From positions 1,984,001 through 2,048,000 of the forward strand of contig CAWDEM010000008.1 of the NCBI GenBank assembly GCA_963801355.1: a stretch of 64,000 nt of DNA. Reading direction: 5' to 3'. This DNA is from Ignavibacteriota bacterium (lineage in GTDB: Bacteria > Bacteroidota > Ignavibacteria > UBA10030 > UBA6906). Made by a program: the position numbers and the translations under genes. Positions 39,887 through 50,354 of the stretch are shown here, piece after piece (the first letter of the stretch is position 1; each line of letters opens with the position of its first letter). The notes beneath the pieces were generated by a model, which had not been told where the DNA came from, ran no database searches, and worked only from the letters and a program-made list of their open reading frames with translations.

Positions 39887-39926
39887 CAGAGGCCGATTCT
39901 CGCCGCACAAAGAGAATCGGCCTCTG
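39887..39926. terminator. 15-bp stem hairpin downstream of the heptad-repeat gene
   Basis: CAGAGGCCGATTCTC-N10-GAGAATCGGCCTCTG. Confidence 0.6.
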
Positions 39927-39964
39927 TTACACTACTTTGCCACGGAAGACCGCGGCTTGATGTC

Positions 39965-40384
39965 TTACTTCTGCTTCTGTTCTTCCAACTTCTGCTTTTG
40001 CTCTTCCAACTTCTCGCCTTTCTTCTCCAACTTCTGCTGCATCATTTCTCCCTTTTTCTCCAACTTCTCACCCTTCTTTTCGATCATTTCACCCTTCTTT
40101 TCCATTTTATGGCCCTTCATCTCCATCTTCTCTCCCTTCTTCTCCATCATCTCACCCTTCTTCGGATGATGTTTCTTTACTTTCTCCGCATGCTTCTGAA
40201 TCTTTTCGCCTTTCTTCTGGAGCATCTCACCCTTGTGTCCCGCCTTCTCCCCCGCCTTTTCCATCTGCTCTCCCTTCTTCTCCATCTGCTCCATCTTCTT
40301 CTCGACCTTTTTCTCCTGGGCGAACAAAGTCATCTGGGCCCCGACGAAGGCCAATGCGAGCAACACTATCCCGAGTTTCTTCAT
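39965..40384 (-). CDS. Exported low-complexity heptad-repeat (EKKGEKM) protein
   Basis: AAGGAG RBS; signal peptide MKKLGIVLLALA..LFA; about 14 heptads. Confidence 0.75.
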   Translation of the reverse strand: MKKLGIVLLALAFVGAQMTLFAQEKKVEKKMEQMEKKGEQMEKAGEKAGHKGEMLQKKGEKIQKHAEKVKKHHPKKGEMMEKKGEKMEMKGHKMEKKGEMIEKKGEKLEKKGEMMQQKLEKKGEKLEEQKQKLEEQKQK

Positions 40385-40410
40385 AGCGACAACTCCTTTA
40401 TGGTGGTCTG

Positions 40411-40788
40411 TCAATTCTCCTTAGCGCCCTCTTCAATCCACTTCGCCAGCAGTTTCAGTTGATCCTGCGGAAGAGCTACGACTGTGGAAGTGTCCGGAGG
40501 CATCCGGTAGTGGGGTTGATCGGTCGCGCACACAATGTAGAGCCAGCTTTTCGCCGGCTCCTGGGCAACGATGATTGGCTTCTTGCCAGGATACGTCCGG
40601 GCGTTCATCACATCCTCGTACGATTGCAGCATGACCTTGCCACGGGTGAGTTCCGCGTTGTGGCATTGTACGCACTGTGTATTGAGAATCGGCTGGATCT
40701 GGTCCCGATAGCTCACGGGCGGCTGGACCGTCTTCTGGCTGCATCCGGCGAGAAAGGAAGCAACGAGCACTGTTGCAAGCAAGCGCAT
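40411..40788 (-). CDS. Monoheme cytochrome c lipoprotein (planctomycete cytochrome C-like)
   Basis: Lipobox LAGC; IQPIL..QCVQCH; RMPP; WIEEGA. Confidence 0.85.
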   Translation of the reverse strand: MRLLATVLVASFLAGCSQKTVQPPVSYRDQIQPILNTQCVQCHNAELTRGKVMLQSYEDVMNARTYPGKKPIIVAQEPAKSWLYIVCATDQPHYRMPPDTSTVVALPQDQLKLLAKWIEEGAKEN

Positions 40789-40972
40789 AATTGACCTCCC
40801 GGGGAATAATCTGGTTTGCTGCAGTTGGCCCCGCAGAATCTACCAATGCCAGGGGCGAAAGTCAAGGGCGGGCGATTTAATACGTGGCTTGACATTCTCA
40901 TCGGAACGCACGATTATTTTATAACCGTAGTACAAGTTTCCCGTTCTACTCCCTAACTATTGGAGGCCAAAA

Positions 40973-42649
40973 ATGAGGCGTCTCGCACTAGTTTCAGCCC
41001 TGTTGGTCTTGGTCGTAAGCTTCAGTGGTGCGCAGCAGTGGACAACGGTCTGGAAACAAACCTCGGTTCCCTACCTCACCCTTCAAGACATCACAGAGAT
41101 GGGCACGGTCAAAGCCGGGTTCGATACAGACAAAGACGGATGGGGAGAGATCCTGTGCACGTGGACGGATCTCGACACAAATGCGATTCTGATGTATGAG
41201 GCAGATGCCAACAACTCCTACAAGCTGGTCTGGTATTGGCGGTTTCCGGTCGACGCCAACTCGTTTGCGGGTATTGCCGTGGGTGATCTCAACAACAACG
41301 GCATTGTGGACATCGTTACGGCACTTCCCTCGGTCGTCGGAACGGACCCCAATCCTCCTCGTGTATGGGTGTTCGAGTGGAACAATGTTGTGGGGCAGAA
41401 CTCGTACGGCTTCCTGAATAGCTCAACGGGCCTCTATGAACCCTCCAGCGCCTGGAATTTCGATGCTGCGGCGAATTATGACCTTCGCCCGTACAGTCTC
41501 ACCATAGAGGATATCGACAACGACGGAAAGAACGAGTTGATCACCGGCGTTCGCTTGGCAGGTGCTTCAAATCGTGAAGCCATCGTTTCTACCGTCGAGG
41601 GGGATTACGGCGGCTTTGTGGTCTGGAGCAACGAATGGAAGCACTCCGAGAGTAACCCGGGCGACGGCTACTGCACCACCACCGGTGACCTGGACAACGA
41701 CGGGAAAAGAGAGATCTACATGTTCCTCTGGGATTTGTTCACACTGAGGATTTTTGAGTGCACGGGAAGCGGACAATTCACACAGGCATTCGCCGTCGAC
41801 CAGCTCTATGCTTCGCAGAGTCTGGACTACGGAGGGGTTGACGCCGTGCGTGTGGCCGACGTGAACAACGACGGTGTGAATGAAATGTATCTCGTCGGAA
41901 CGGACCCCAAGAACCAGGTATTCATTGTCACGGGCGTCACAGACGTCAGCAAGATGACCTCTGCGGACATCAAAGAACTCTGCACGCTTCCGGTGACACC
42001 AAATACCGGCCCGCGAACGATGTACGTAGCCGACCCCGACAAAGACGGAAAGACCAATCTCATGATTGCCGGGGATCGCTACGGGCAGATCTACTCGCTT
42101 GAATACAAGGGCACGGGCAATCCTGCGGATTCTGCGAGCTGGGATTTCTCGATAGTATTCGATATGTTCAAGGAAAGCGGACTGACCACGATCGGCCCCC
42201 GACTGTTCTATGGATACCCCGCAAAGGATATGGACAAAGACGGAAAAGATGAATTCGTTTTTGTCAACTATTCCCCGGACTTCGACGTCTGGCCGGGCGA
42301 CTCTCCCTTGTGGGTTATTGAGATCGATGTCGCATCGGACGTGCGCGATCAGCCGGCGGAAGTCCCGACAGACATCCAGCTGCTCCAGAACTATCCGAAC
42401 CCGTTCAACCCGTCAACGACGATCCCCTACAAGCTCTCATCCCGGAGCCGCGTGCTGATGGATGTGTTCGACGTGTACGGACAGCACGTTGCCACTCTGG
42501 TAAACGCCGAGCGCGAGGCGGGCTACTATCACGCACGGTGGATCGCAACGGTGCCGAGCGGAACGTATTTCTGCCGCCTGATGGTGGAACCGCTGGATGG
42601 CAGCGGGAGTCCATTCAAGGATGTGAAGAAAATGATGCTTGTGCGGTAA
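40973..42649 (+). CDS. Secreted FG-GAP/VCBS repeat protein with T9SS type-A C-terminal domain
   Basis: Signal peptide; seven DxDxDG-type loops; LLQNYPNPFNPSTTI...KKMMLVR. Confidence 0.85.
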   Translation: MRRLALVSALLVLVVSFSGAQQWTTVWKQTSVPYLTLQDITEMGTVKAGFDTDKDGWGEILCTWTDLDTNAILMYEADANNSYKLVWYWRFPVDANSFAGIAVGDLNNNGIVDIVTALPSVVGTDPNPPRVWVFEWNNVVGQNSYGFLNSSTGLYEPSSAWNFDAAANYDLRPYSLTIEDIDNDGKNELITGVRLAGASNREAIVSTVEGDYGGFVVWSNEWKHSESNPGDGYCTTTGDLDNDGKREIYMFLWDLFTLRIFECTGSGQFTQAFAVDQLYASQSLDYGGVDAVRVADVNNDGVNEMYLVGTDPKNQVFIVTGVTDVSKMTSADIKELCTLPVTPNTGPRTMYVADPDKDGKTNLMIAGDRYGQIYSLEYKGTGNPADSASWDFSIVFDMFKESGLTTIGPRLFYGYPAKDMDKDGKDEFVFVNYSPDFDVWPGDSPLWVIEIDVASDVRDQPAEVPTDIQLLQNYPNPFNPSTTIPYKLSSRSRVLMDVFDVYGQHVATLVNAEREAGYYHARWIATVPSGTYFCRLMVEPLDGSGSPFKDVKKMMLVR

Positions 42650-42700
42650 GCAGCATCGATGCTGATTCACGATCCCGCCTTCTTCTGGCAGCGTTCAGGA

Positions 42701-42733
42701 AGATCCCGCCCCTCCGGGCGGGATCTTTTTTTT
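42701..42733 (+). terminator. Rho-independent terminator
   Basis: AGATCCCGCCC-ctcc-GGGCGGGATCT followed by a T run. Confidence 0.85.
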
Positions 42734-42854
42734 GTCCTGGCTTTCGTGTCCCGTGCCTTATATCCTCACCCGCTTCTTTGAAATCCTCGACTCATATGGC
42801 TATATTGCCACTGCATTCGCCTTGAACTTTTCCAAAGGACCACACGGCCAGAGT

Positions 42855-44726
42855 ATGAAGCAACCTTCGCGTACGTGGCAACTCATTTTTGCATCGCTTC
42901 TGCTTGTCGTCCTGCAGTTCCTTGTGTTCAACCCCGCCCTGGATAGCGGGTTCCTTGCATATGATGATGACGTGTATGTCTACGACAATCCCAACATCCA
43001 GGCACTGAATGCCGCAAATGTGGCCTGGATGTTTGCCGGACCTTACTATCATTCCTATACTCCTCTCGCGCTCCTTTCCCATGCAGTGGATTACCGGCTC
43101 TGGGGAAACAATCCATGGGGACATCACCTCACAAGCCTGTTGCTCCACAGCGCAAATACCGTTCTCCTTTTTCTGTTTGGCCTGATGCTTCTGCATATGG
43201 TGCGCCGGACACCGGGAGCAACAACGCCGGAAATATCGACTGCACGGGTCCCCCTGGCGGATACGGCAAGCATGGTTGGGATGTTTTTCGCAGCGTTGTT
43301 GTTTTCTCTCCACCCGATGCGCGTCGAGTCCGTTGCATGGGTTTCGGACAGGAAAGACCTGCTGGTGGTGTTGTTCGCGCTCCCCTGCTGCATGGCATAT
43401 CTCACGTACGATCATTACAGAGGCACAAAACGCGCTCTACAATGGTATCTCGGCTCGCTTTTCTTCTTTGTCCTGGCATTACTTTCGAAGTCTGTTGCTG
43501 TTGTACTACCGGCGGTATTGATCCTCCTGGATCTGTTCCTATTACATAAGCAAGACCTCAGGAGCAAATGGCCGGCTCTCCTGGCCGAGAAGACCCCATT
43601 CCTCTTGCTGAGTGTCGCGTTCGGCATCCTCGCGTTCATTGCCGGGAAGGAAAGCCAACTGAGCAGCGTTGCGGCGAAACTCTCCTCTGCTCAAAAGGCA
43701 TTGCTGCCGCTCTACTCTATCATGTTCTACCCAATGAAGTTGTTGTGGCCGGCTCACCTTACTCCTTATTATGATGCACCCGGAACCATGCTGATGGTCG
43801 TCGCCGCGATTCTGTGCGTTGCCATCACGGTGTTTGCCATCATCAAGACGAAAAGGGGACGGGGATACTGGCTGCTGGGGTGGTTGTGCTATGTCATCGC
43901 AACCGTGCCGACCGTCACGGGATTGTCCGCCGGGATCCAACCCTGGGCCGATCGATACAGCTACTTCTCCACCATCAGCCTGATGCTATTAGCAGGCGGG
44001 GGTATTCGTAGCCTGTGGGAAATGTATCAACGCAGAGGAGCCACGCCTCGACTTCTGATCACCGTGCTTGGTGCGGTACTCGTTTTCATCTGCGGTCGCC
44101 TGAGTGCACAGCAGCTTTCGTTATGGCAAGATGCTGAAAGGCTCTGGCGTTCGGCAATTGGGATCACTCCCGAGGTGCCCATGCCATATGCGAATCTCGG
44201 AGTCGTACTGGAAAACAAGGGCGATCACGACGGTGCATTGACGATGTACGCGAAAGCGGTTGCGTTGGAACCACAGTTCGCAAATGCCTTGTACAATATG
44301 GGCATCTCTTTTGAGGCCAAACAACTGGTTGACTCGGCAGTGTCCTGCTATGCAAGGGCAATTGCGGCAGACAGTACATACACTGATGCATATGTGAATT
44401 TGGGAAACATCTTCGTGCGCACCGGAAAGCTGGATGACGGGATCAACCTGTTCAAGCAAGCGATTCAACTTGATCCATCGGATCCCGATCCGTACTACAA
44501 TATGGGAATAGCCGTCTACAACCAGGGTGATCGCGTGAAGGCGTTGGAGTGCTTCCAGAGCGCTGTCAAATACTCACCCGGCTATGCAAACGCATACTAC
44601 AACATGGGTATTGTGTTTCTGGACCTGGGGAAAAACGATGCGGCAATGGAGAGCTTCGCGCGTGCTGCCAGGATGGGATCAGAAGACGCTCAAAAGCTGC
44701 TGAAATCCAACGGGTATTCGTGGTGA
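42855..44726 (+). CDS. TMTC-like GT-C membrane glycosyltransferase with C-terminal TPRs
   Basis: YDDDVYV..NP, Y.PL, HP..VESVAWVS.RKD, LLSK, ADRYSY; about five TPRs. Confidence 0.8.
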   Translation: MKQPSRTWQLIFASLLLVVLQFLVFNPALDSGFLAYDDDVYVYDNPNIQALNAANVAWMFAGPYYHSYTPLALLSHAVDYRLWGNNPWGHHLTSLLLHSANTVLLFLFGLMLLHMVRRTPGATTPEISTARVPLADTASMVGMFFAALLFSLHPMRVESVAWVSDRKDLLVVLFALPCCMAYLTYDHYRGTKRALQWYLGSLFFFVLALLSKSVAVVLPAVLILLDLFLLHKQDLRSKWPALLAEKTPFLLLSVAFGILAFIAGKESQLSSVAAKLSSAQKALLPLYSIMFYPMKLLWPAHLTPYYDAPGTMLMVVAAILCVAITVFAIIKTKRGRGYWLLGWLCYVIATVPTVTGLSAGIQPWADRYSYFSTISLMLLAGGGIRSLWEMYQRRGATPRLLITVLGAVLVFICGRLSAQQLSLWQDAERLWRSAIGITPEVPMPYANLGVVLENKGDHDGALTMYAKAVALEPQFANALYNMGISFEAKQLVDSAVSCYARAIAADSTYTDAYVNLGNIFVRTGKLDDGINLFKQAIQLDPSDPDPYYNMGIAVYNQGDRVKALECFQSAVKYSPGYANAYYNMGIVFLDLGKNDAAMESFARAARMGSEDAQKLLKSNGYSW

Positions 44727-47700
44727 CTACCGAAACACCACTTCAAGAAGCACTTCATTCCACCCTTCTCCCAATTCAGCCACGATGTTTCCGTCAGAGG
44801 GCAGCCCTCCCACACGACCATTGAGAGTGAGCCGGGTAATATCTCGGTTGCTTACAAGTGGCAACACTGTTCTCCCCACACCAGCGATCTTCATGGTGAG
44901 ATGGCCGGGTCCAGATTCCTGAGGCGTGATACTCGTGCCCGGGGTTGTGAACACCAGCGCAACGCCATCTCTGACAAGTACCTGCCTCAGGCTCCCTTCG
45001 GTGACCTCGAGCGGTACCTTCAAATCTTCGACCTCGAGGAGGACCCGCTTCGTATTGCCCGCCGATGTCCAATCCGTGTTCAAAAGAACGATCCTCTTCC
45101 ATCCCCCCGGACAATTGTAGACATGCCAATCGACATCGGTTGACTCACCGGTGATGCGCATTTCTGTGCGGAGAGTCGATGTGAGCTTCTGCAGCATGAG
45201 TGGGCGGAACGCGTCCAGCGATGCTGCTCCCCAGTACTCTCCGACTGTGAGCATCCACACCTTCCCCGCACCGATCCTATTCTCAACGAGGACGGGATGT
45301 CCGTCTTCATCAGCGGCCAGCACATGGGCGGTCGTTGTGCTCAACCTGAGACCGGGAACATGTTCCGCGGCACATGAGGAGCCATCAGCCCAGATGATTT
45401 GACGCATTTCCCCGCCGACATCTTGTATCCTGACTCCGCCGAGCGCAGTCAGATCCCCGCCCGCGTACCATTGGAAATCCTTCTTCTCCTTCAGGAAGTC
45501 GCGCGTCACATGCTTCGTACATTGCGCTGCACTTAATACAAGGTGCCCGCCATTCCGAACGTATGCGAGCAGCTTCGCATAAATCTCATCCGTCATCGTG
45601 TTCCACCCCGGGAGCACCAGAAGCCGATACTTCGAGAGTTTTTCCGGGGTTGCATCGATGGGAATCAGGTCAACCTGGCCATGCGGCGAGCCCCCGAAGA
45701 ACTGGCGGATCGATGTGGGATCTTGCAGCACGGGATAGAGCCACACTCCAGGCATGAACGCTCCCAACAACTCCCAGCCGCGTTCCGGTGTATCAAACTC
45801 CCAACTCGGCTTCTCCGGCCCGATCATCCCCCAGAACTTGGTTCTTGGAACATCAGGGTCCGACTGTAGTCCGCCGACGAGACAGTCATAGTTGCCTTGC
45901 AGAAATCCGATTCGCACATCCTCCTTGCCCAGATCGATGCTCGATGCGTAATGGTACAACTCCTGCATTTGTTTGCGTCGATTGAAGGTAAACGGATCAG
46001 AAAACGCGCGCGGGGCATCGTGGACGGCGTACAGGGCAAACTCTTCGTCATAGATCAATCTGGCACCATACAGCCACGCCTGCCAGAGCAGGATGAAGTT
46101 GCGCCGCTCAGTGGCATTGTCTGCCGGCACGCGTGGGATGTGGTTGGCATTGTGCACACCCCACAGGCTCTTATCGAATGCATACACCGCCCCGCGTTGA
46201 CTCGCGAACATGAGTGTCGAATGACCGGTCGGGGGTTCACTAAACACCAGCTGGACGCCGGCTTTATAGTCCAGGTGCGTAATCGGCAAGGCCTGACCGA
46301 GGATCTGAATCCCGCCGACCCGCCTCAGATATGCCTCTTCGCACTCGGGAAGCGTTCTGTCAGCCCGGCGCGCAATCGGCTCGGGGTCTCCCCAGCCGTA
46401 GATCAAATTGCTGCGTTCATGTCCATGGATACCCAGATAACTCTTGCCCAGGCGCGCGCGCAGGATCGCATCAGCAGAACGCGTGGGATCAGTAGACTCG
46501 ACGAGGCCGGCCTTGATGCCGTAGCGCACCATCATGTCGCACCAGCGATGATAGTCCTTCAACGTGTCCACAGTGTGCGCTTCCTCTATACGGAAGAGAA
46601 TGTAGTTCCCGGCCTCCTCCTCCCCCATCATCGTCAGAACACTGTCCACTTCGCCATTCTGCGGCGTGAGCGTGTTCTCATCATAGCCAATCCAGAAGGT
46701 AGGTTGCGGAGGAAGGGGTGGAAGCTGTCGCAGATTATCCTTGAGCGAGGGTGGAGGATCATTCACAAAGACGCGGTGCACAAGGACCACATAGCGGGCG
46801 CTACGATTCAGCAGCTGGATCCTGTTCTTCATCTCACGTAGGGATTTTCTAGGAACCGACACATACAGGTCTTGCATCTTCTGCACCATCCGGAATTTCG
46901 CAAAGAAGTGCCGCAAATCAGAACGGCAATCATTGATCGACACATGAAGGTCTATCCAATCGTCCATCACCTCAAGCCCACCCGTGGAATCCTTGGCCGC
47001 CATGAGTTGAAGATGGACGATGCAACTGTCACCCGCCAGTCGGCTGAAGTTCAGGATATCGAATCGGGTCGTGGATTGCCCTGATGCCGGGACTACCGCA
47101 CAATAGGTGCTCAGAAAATGCGCCTTGCCTCCCGAGAAGTCATCGGGCATGACAATGGCTCCTGCCTGATTCTTCCGGCGCAATCCTGCGAGATGCGATT
47201 TCCGCGACACGCGGATTCTCGGATCCTGCCCGAGGAAAACCACAATAGGCTGGCCTGAATAGTAACCCCCGCAATGGAATTCAAGAATTTCCTTCTCGAG
47301 CAGCCCGCCCAGTTGAAACGAAACAGTCCTGGACGTCGTGGCAATCGTCACATGCGTCGAGGAATCGCCTCTCACGCTGAAGCGTATACCTTCAGTCCCG
47401 TTTCCCGAGCCGGGAACAATTTCGCTTTTCCATTCAGGTGTCGTCAACCGGTGGACATATTCCCGGGCGCATCCGCTCCATCCCCTCGCCCAGTCCGTTC
47501 GCGCATAGAGCAGCTTGTCGATCCAGATCAATTCGCCACGTTCAACGCGAAGGCTTCCGTCCCAGTGAAAGGCTTCGTTGCTGACCGGCGAATACGAGAA
47601 TGATTTCCCGAATGTGACCGAGACTACGTAGTCCTTCTGGCTCTCGCCCCTGACCATGGGATCTCCCCGGCTCTCCGCGGAGGGATGTGTTGCGGAGTGC

Positions 47701-49772
47701 GCTTCATCAAACAATGCTGACAGGTGTTTGTGCCGCGCATCTCCCGTCGCTGCATAGCGAGCCATTCTGTTCGCAAAACCAGTGTACATGCCGAGGGCAG
47801 CCTGCTTGTAGAACTTCTGGATGTTTCGTTTGCGCTCCTCAGTTATGGGGCGATAGTATCCCGGCCCCGGATCCATGATCGCGCGCGTCCTGCAATCCTC
47901 GAAAGACTTTAGCGCTGCAGCTATGAATGCCCGTTCGTATTCTGCATCCAGCTCATTTGCTAGAAGCTTGTTCATCGAAATGAGAACGTCGTATCGTTTC
48001 CTCAATGAATCGGGCAGTTCGCGCGGCCCCTGACTTAGTGTCCCTCCTCCTGATATCAGCGCCGGCATTGTCGGATACTCAGCGGTTACCGACTCCGCCG
48101 GCCATCCTCCCTCAGTGGTGATCTCAATGTTCGTATTCACCGGCAATTCGCTGTACATCAAGACTACCTCTTCGGTTGTGCTCATATCCATCGCCGTCCC
48201 ATTGACCGTGACTGACTTCACAGCGGGTCCGCCATTGCGGCATGACAGGTAGATTCTCTTATCACCAAAACGGACAGGTTGTTTCTGCGCATAGAACGTG
48301 ATGGATCCCGGAATGCGGGGCCGTAGGATAAGCCTGTCGGCCCGGTATTCGTAGTCAAAGAGTCCGCGAATCGTTGCAGCGGGTATCGCGAAGTTGTCAA
48401 TCATCAGACTGATGCCACCGACGTGATGCTCGCCGGTATCTGACCAGAGGTTGTTGGTGTTCTCTCCGCGCTGGGACCATGGTGCATCCATGCGGAAGTC
48501 CTTTGCCCATTTCATGGCGCGTGTTGCAGAACGCCGGACGTCTTCGAATTTCCCCAGACGGTAATACATCAGGATAGCCCGACCCTCAACAGTGCCCCAG
48601 GCTCCACCATCCACCCAATGGCCGTATTGACGGAATTCCTCCGTCCCCTGACCGGGTATACTCCCCCCCGTCCAGTATGAATCATCCAGACCCGGTGCAT
48701 TGGTCAGGAGAAAGTCGAAAGGACGGATGGCAGGGAATCCTGCGATTCGATCATATATGGTTCGAGCAGTTTTCGCGTCCACGACCCTGAGTGCTACTGC
48801 GTCAGCATTTGCCACGCCTTCCAGGTAACCGAAATGCTCCTGACCCAGCACGCCATGCTTGAGCCCCCCCGGCTCGACGCTTTTGGCAAAATACCCTTCG
48901 GATGTCAGCAGTTGTGGCAGTGACTCGCGTGTGTTCTTTTGTCTTTGTTCGTACACTTCAAGTTTCTCTTTGTCACCTGTCATCCTGTACAGCTCAACCA
49001 TCCTGTCAAGCGCTGCAAGATAGGTGATGGAAAGCCCTGAAAGATATCCCTTCACGGTGGAACCGTCGGGTTGTTTTATCCCGCCGTAGCTGGGAGCAAG
49101 GAGGTTGCTGGCAGGACCGACAAGAAACAGGTGGTTTTTCGGATCTCTTGTCTTCTCTATGAAATTGCACGCCCGCTCCATCTTTGGCAGATAGTAATGG
49201 ATTGCCTCCATGTCGCGTCTCGCCAACAGGATTTCAGCCTGCATCACCAACCCGGCTGCAGTAGCCTCGTAGTACCAATCGTGTATATTCTGGTCGCCAT
49301 CGCCCTGCTTGAACCCGATTTCATGTGGGCGGGCCATATCGCCAAGACTTCCGTCAGGAGCCACCAGGTGGGAAAACCAGGATCCTGTGGGGCTTCCTCC
49401 CCACATGCTCATTCGCTTCCCATCTCCCTGGTTGTCCCAATGCAGGTCCCATGATCGCTGCAGAGTGGAGAACCATGGCTCCTGGAGAAACGGAGTCGCC
49501 GAGTAGGAAAATCCGTAGCTATTCTGAATCCACCAGGCATCCCAGCCTGCACCTTCGACAAAGGTGTCCCATTCGGGTTTGTACACCATTGTGAGATTCG
49601 GAACTGCAGGAGTAGGATTGAAGAACGCAAACGATTCATCGATCAGACGGAGATAGCTGGTATCCCCTTCGCCCGTGCAGAATTCTCCGTCATAGCGGTT
49701 TGCCTCCCTGGTATCCGGGCCGCATGATATGAAGAACGTCAGAACACAAAGGACAAGACGAAGTGATTTCAT
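44727..49772 (-). CDS. Large lipoprotein, probable glycoside-hydrolase fusion ((alpha/alpha)6-like N-half; C-half with GH42 trimerisation-like region)
   Basis: Lipobox-like FISC; Trp/Tyr/Glu-rich N-half; YRLLVLPG...KLLAYVRNGGHLV, NRIGAGKV. Confidence 0.55.
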   Translation of the reverse strand: MKSLRLVLCVLTFFISCGPDTREANRYDGEFCTGEGDTSYLRLIDESFAFFNPTPAVPNLTMVYKPEWDTFVEGAGWDAWWIQNSYGFSYSATPFLQEPWFSTLQRSWDLHWDNQGDGKRMSMWGGSPTGSWFSHLVAPDGSLGDMARPHEIGFKQGDGDQNIHDWYYEATAAGLVMQAEILLARRDMEAIHYYLPKMERACNFIEKTRDPKNHLFLVGPASNLLAPSYGGIKQPDGSTVKGYLSGLSITYLAALDRMVELYRMTGDKEKLEVYEQRQKNTRESLPQLLTSEGYFAKSVEPGGLKHGVLGQEHFGYLEGVANADAVALRVVDAKTARTIYDRIAGFPAIRPFDFLLTNAPGLDDSYWTGGSIPGQGTEEFRQYGHWVDGGAWGTVEGRAILMYYRLGKFEDVRRSATRAMKWAKDFRMDAPWSQRGENTNNLWSDTGEHHVGGISLMIDNFAIPAATIRGLFDYEYRADRLILRPRIPGSITFYAQKQPVRFGDKRIYLSCRNGGPAVKSVTVNGTAMDMSTTEEVVLMYSELPVNTNIEITTEGGWPAESVTAEYPTMPALISGGGTLSQGPRELPDSLRKRYDVLISMNKLLANELDAEYERAFIAAALKSFEDCRTRAIMDPGPGYYRPITEERKRNIQKFYKQAALGMYTGFANRMARYAATGDARHKHLSALFDEAHSATHPSAESRGDPMVRGESQKDYVVSVTFGKSFSYSPVSNEAFHWDGSLRVERGELIWIDKLLYARTDWARGWSGCAREYVHRLTTPEWKSEIVPGSGNGTEGIRFSVRGDSSTHVTIATTSRTVSFQLGGLLEKEILEFHCGGYYSGQPIVVFLGQDPRIRVSRKSHLAGLRRKNQAGAIVMPDDFSGGKAHFLSTYCAVVPASGQSTTRFDILNFSRLAGDSCIVHLQLMAAKDSTGGLEVMDDWIDLHVSINDCRSDLRHFFAKFRMVQKMQDLYVSVPRKSLREMKNRIQLLNRSARYVVLVHRVFVNDPPPSLKDNLRQLPPLPPQPTFWIGYDENTLTPQNGEVDSVLTMMGEEEAGNYILFRIEEAHTVDTLKDYHRWCDMMVRYGIKAGLVESTDPTRSADAILRARLGKSYLGIHGHERSNLIYGWGDPEPIARRADRTLPECEEAYLRRVGGIQILGQALPITHLDYKAGVQLVFSEPPTGHSTLMFASQRGAVYAFDKSLWGVHNANHIPRVPADNATERRNFILLWQAWLYGARLIYDEEFALYAVHDAPRAFSDPFTFNRRKQMQELYHYASSIDLGKEDVRIGFLQGNYDCLVGGLQSDPDVPRTKFWGMIGPEKPSWEFDTPERGWELLGAFMPGVWLYPVLQDPTSIRQFFGGSPHGQVDLIPIDATPEKLSKYRLLVLPGWNTMTDEIYAKLLAYVRNGGHLVLSAAQCTKHVTRDFLKEKKDFQWYAGGDLTALGGVRIQDVGGEMRQIIWADGSSCAAEHVPGLRLSTTTAHVLAADEDGHPVLVENRIGAGKVWMLTVGEYWGAASLDAFRPLMLQKLTSTLRTEMRITGESTDVDWHVYNCPGGWKRIVLLNTDWTSAGNTKRVLLEVEDLKVPLEVTEGSLRQVLVRDGVALVFTTPGTSITPQESGPGHLTMKIAGVGRTVLPLVSNRDITRLTLNGRVGGLPSDGNIVAELGEGWNEVLLEVVFR

Positions 49773-50102
49773 GATTGCGGGTTCGACATTGAGGAGTTGA
49801 TGGGTGTGCTGGAAAGATACCCTCAAGGAGGAGCAAACGCAAGATGTAGCACAGGGGTTGCCAGCGTGGAAAGATCCTGATCGAGCGGCGCAAAAAAGAA
49901 GCGCCCGGACATCGCTCTGCCCGGGCCGATTGAAAGACACAGGTACCAACTTCCATACAATCGTGGATTGGAGGCTGCGTTGACTACGACGCAAAATACT
50001 TAGAGAAGACCTCATCGCATTGCCGGGCAAGGGAGAAGTCCTTCTCGGTAAGCCCTCCTCCATCATGCGTCGTGAGTCTGGCCTCCTATGTATCCTTTTA
50101 TG

Positions 50103-50354
50103 TTACATTCCTTCCTTGACCTCGATGATTTCGTCGGCAACCAGACCATGACCATCGCGATGCACTTTCATCGCAGCTTCCTTGTTTGGAGCGCTGACAA
50201 GACAGAATACCTTTCCTGAGCCTTCATCGAACCAGTATTTCAGATACTGCACCCCATACTTCTTCTGAATCTCGAGGTCTTTTGCGTGGGCTCCGGTAAC
50301 TGCTTCTGCGGTGAGACCCGGTACGTGCTTGTGGATGTCCATGAACAGTGGCAT
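50103..50354 (-). CDS. DUF4242 (SCO4226-like) small protein
   Basis: MPLFMDIH, AHAKDL, YWFDE..GKVFCL..AP, VHR.GHGL; AAGGAG RBS. Confidence 0.88.
   Translation of the reverse strand: MPLFMDIHKHVPGLTAEAVTGAHAKDLEIQKKYGVQYLKYWFDEGSGKVFCLVSAPNKEAAMKVHRDGHGLVADEIIEVKEGM

Noticed and set aside
39965-40320. 21-bp periodic DNA as a possible CRISPR or non-coding repeat
   Set aside because: Explained by the coding heptad repeats.
39833-40462. Leu/His/Phe-rich plus-strand ORF
   Set aside because: Reverse complement of the heptad-repeat gene, which has the RBS and signal peptide.
45897-46841. 314-aa plus-strand ORF inside the large lipoprotein gene
   Set aside because: Antisense shadow with no motifs.
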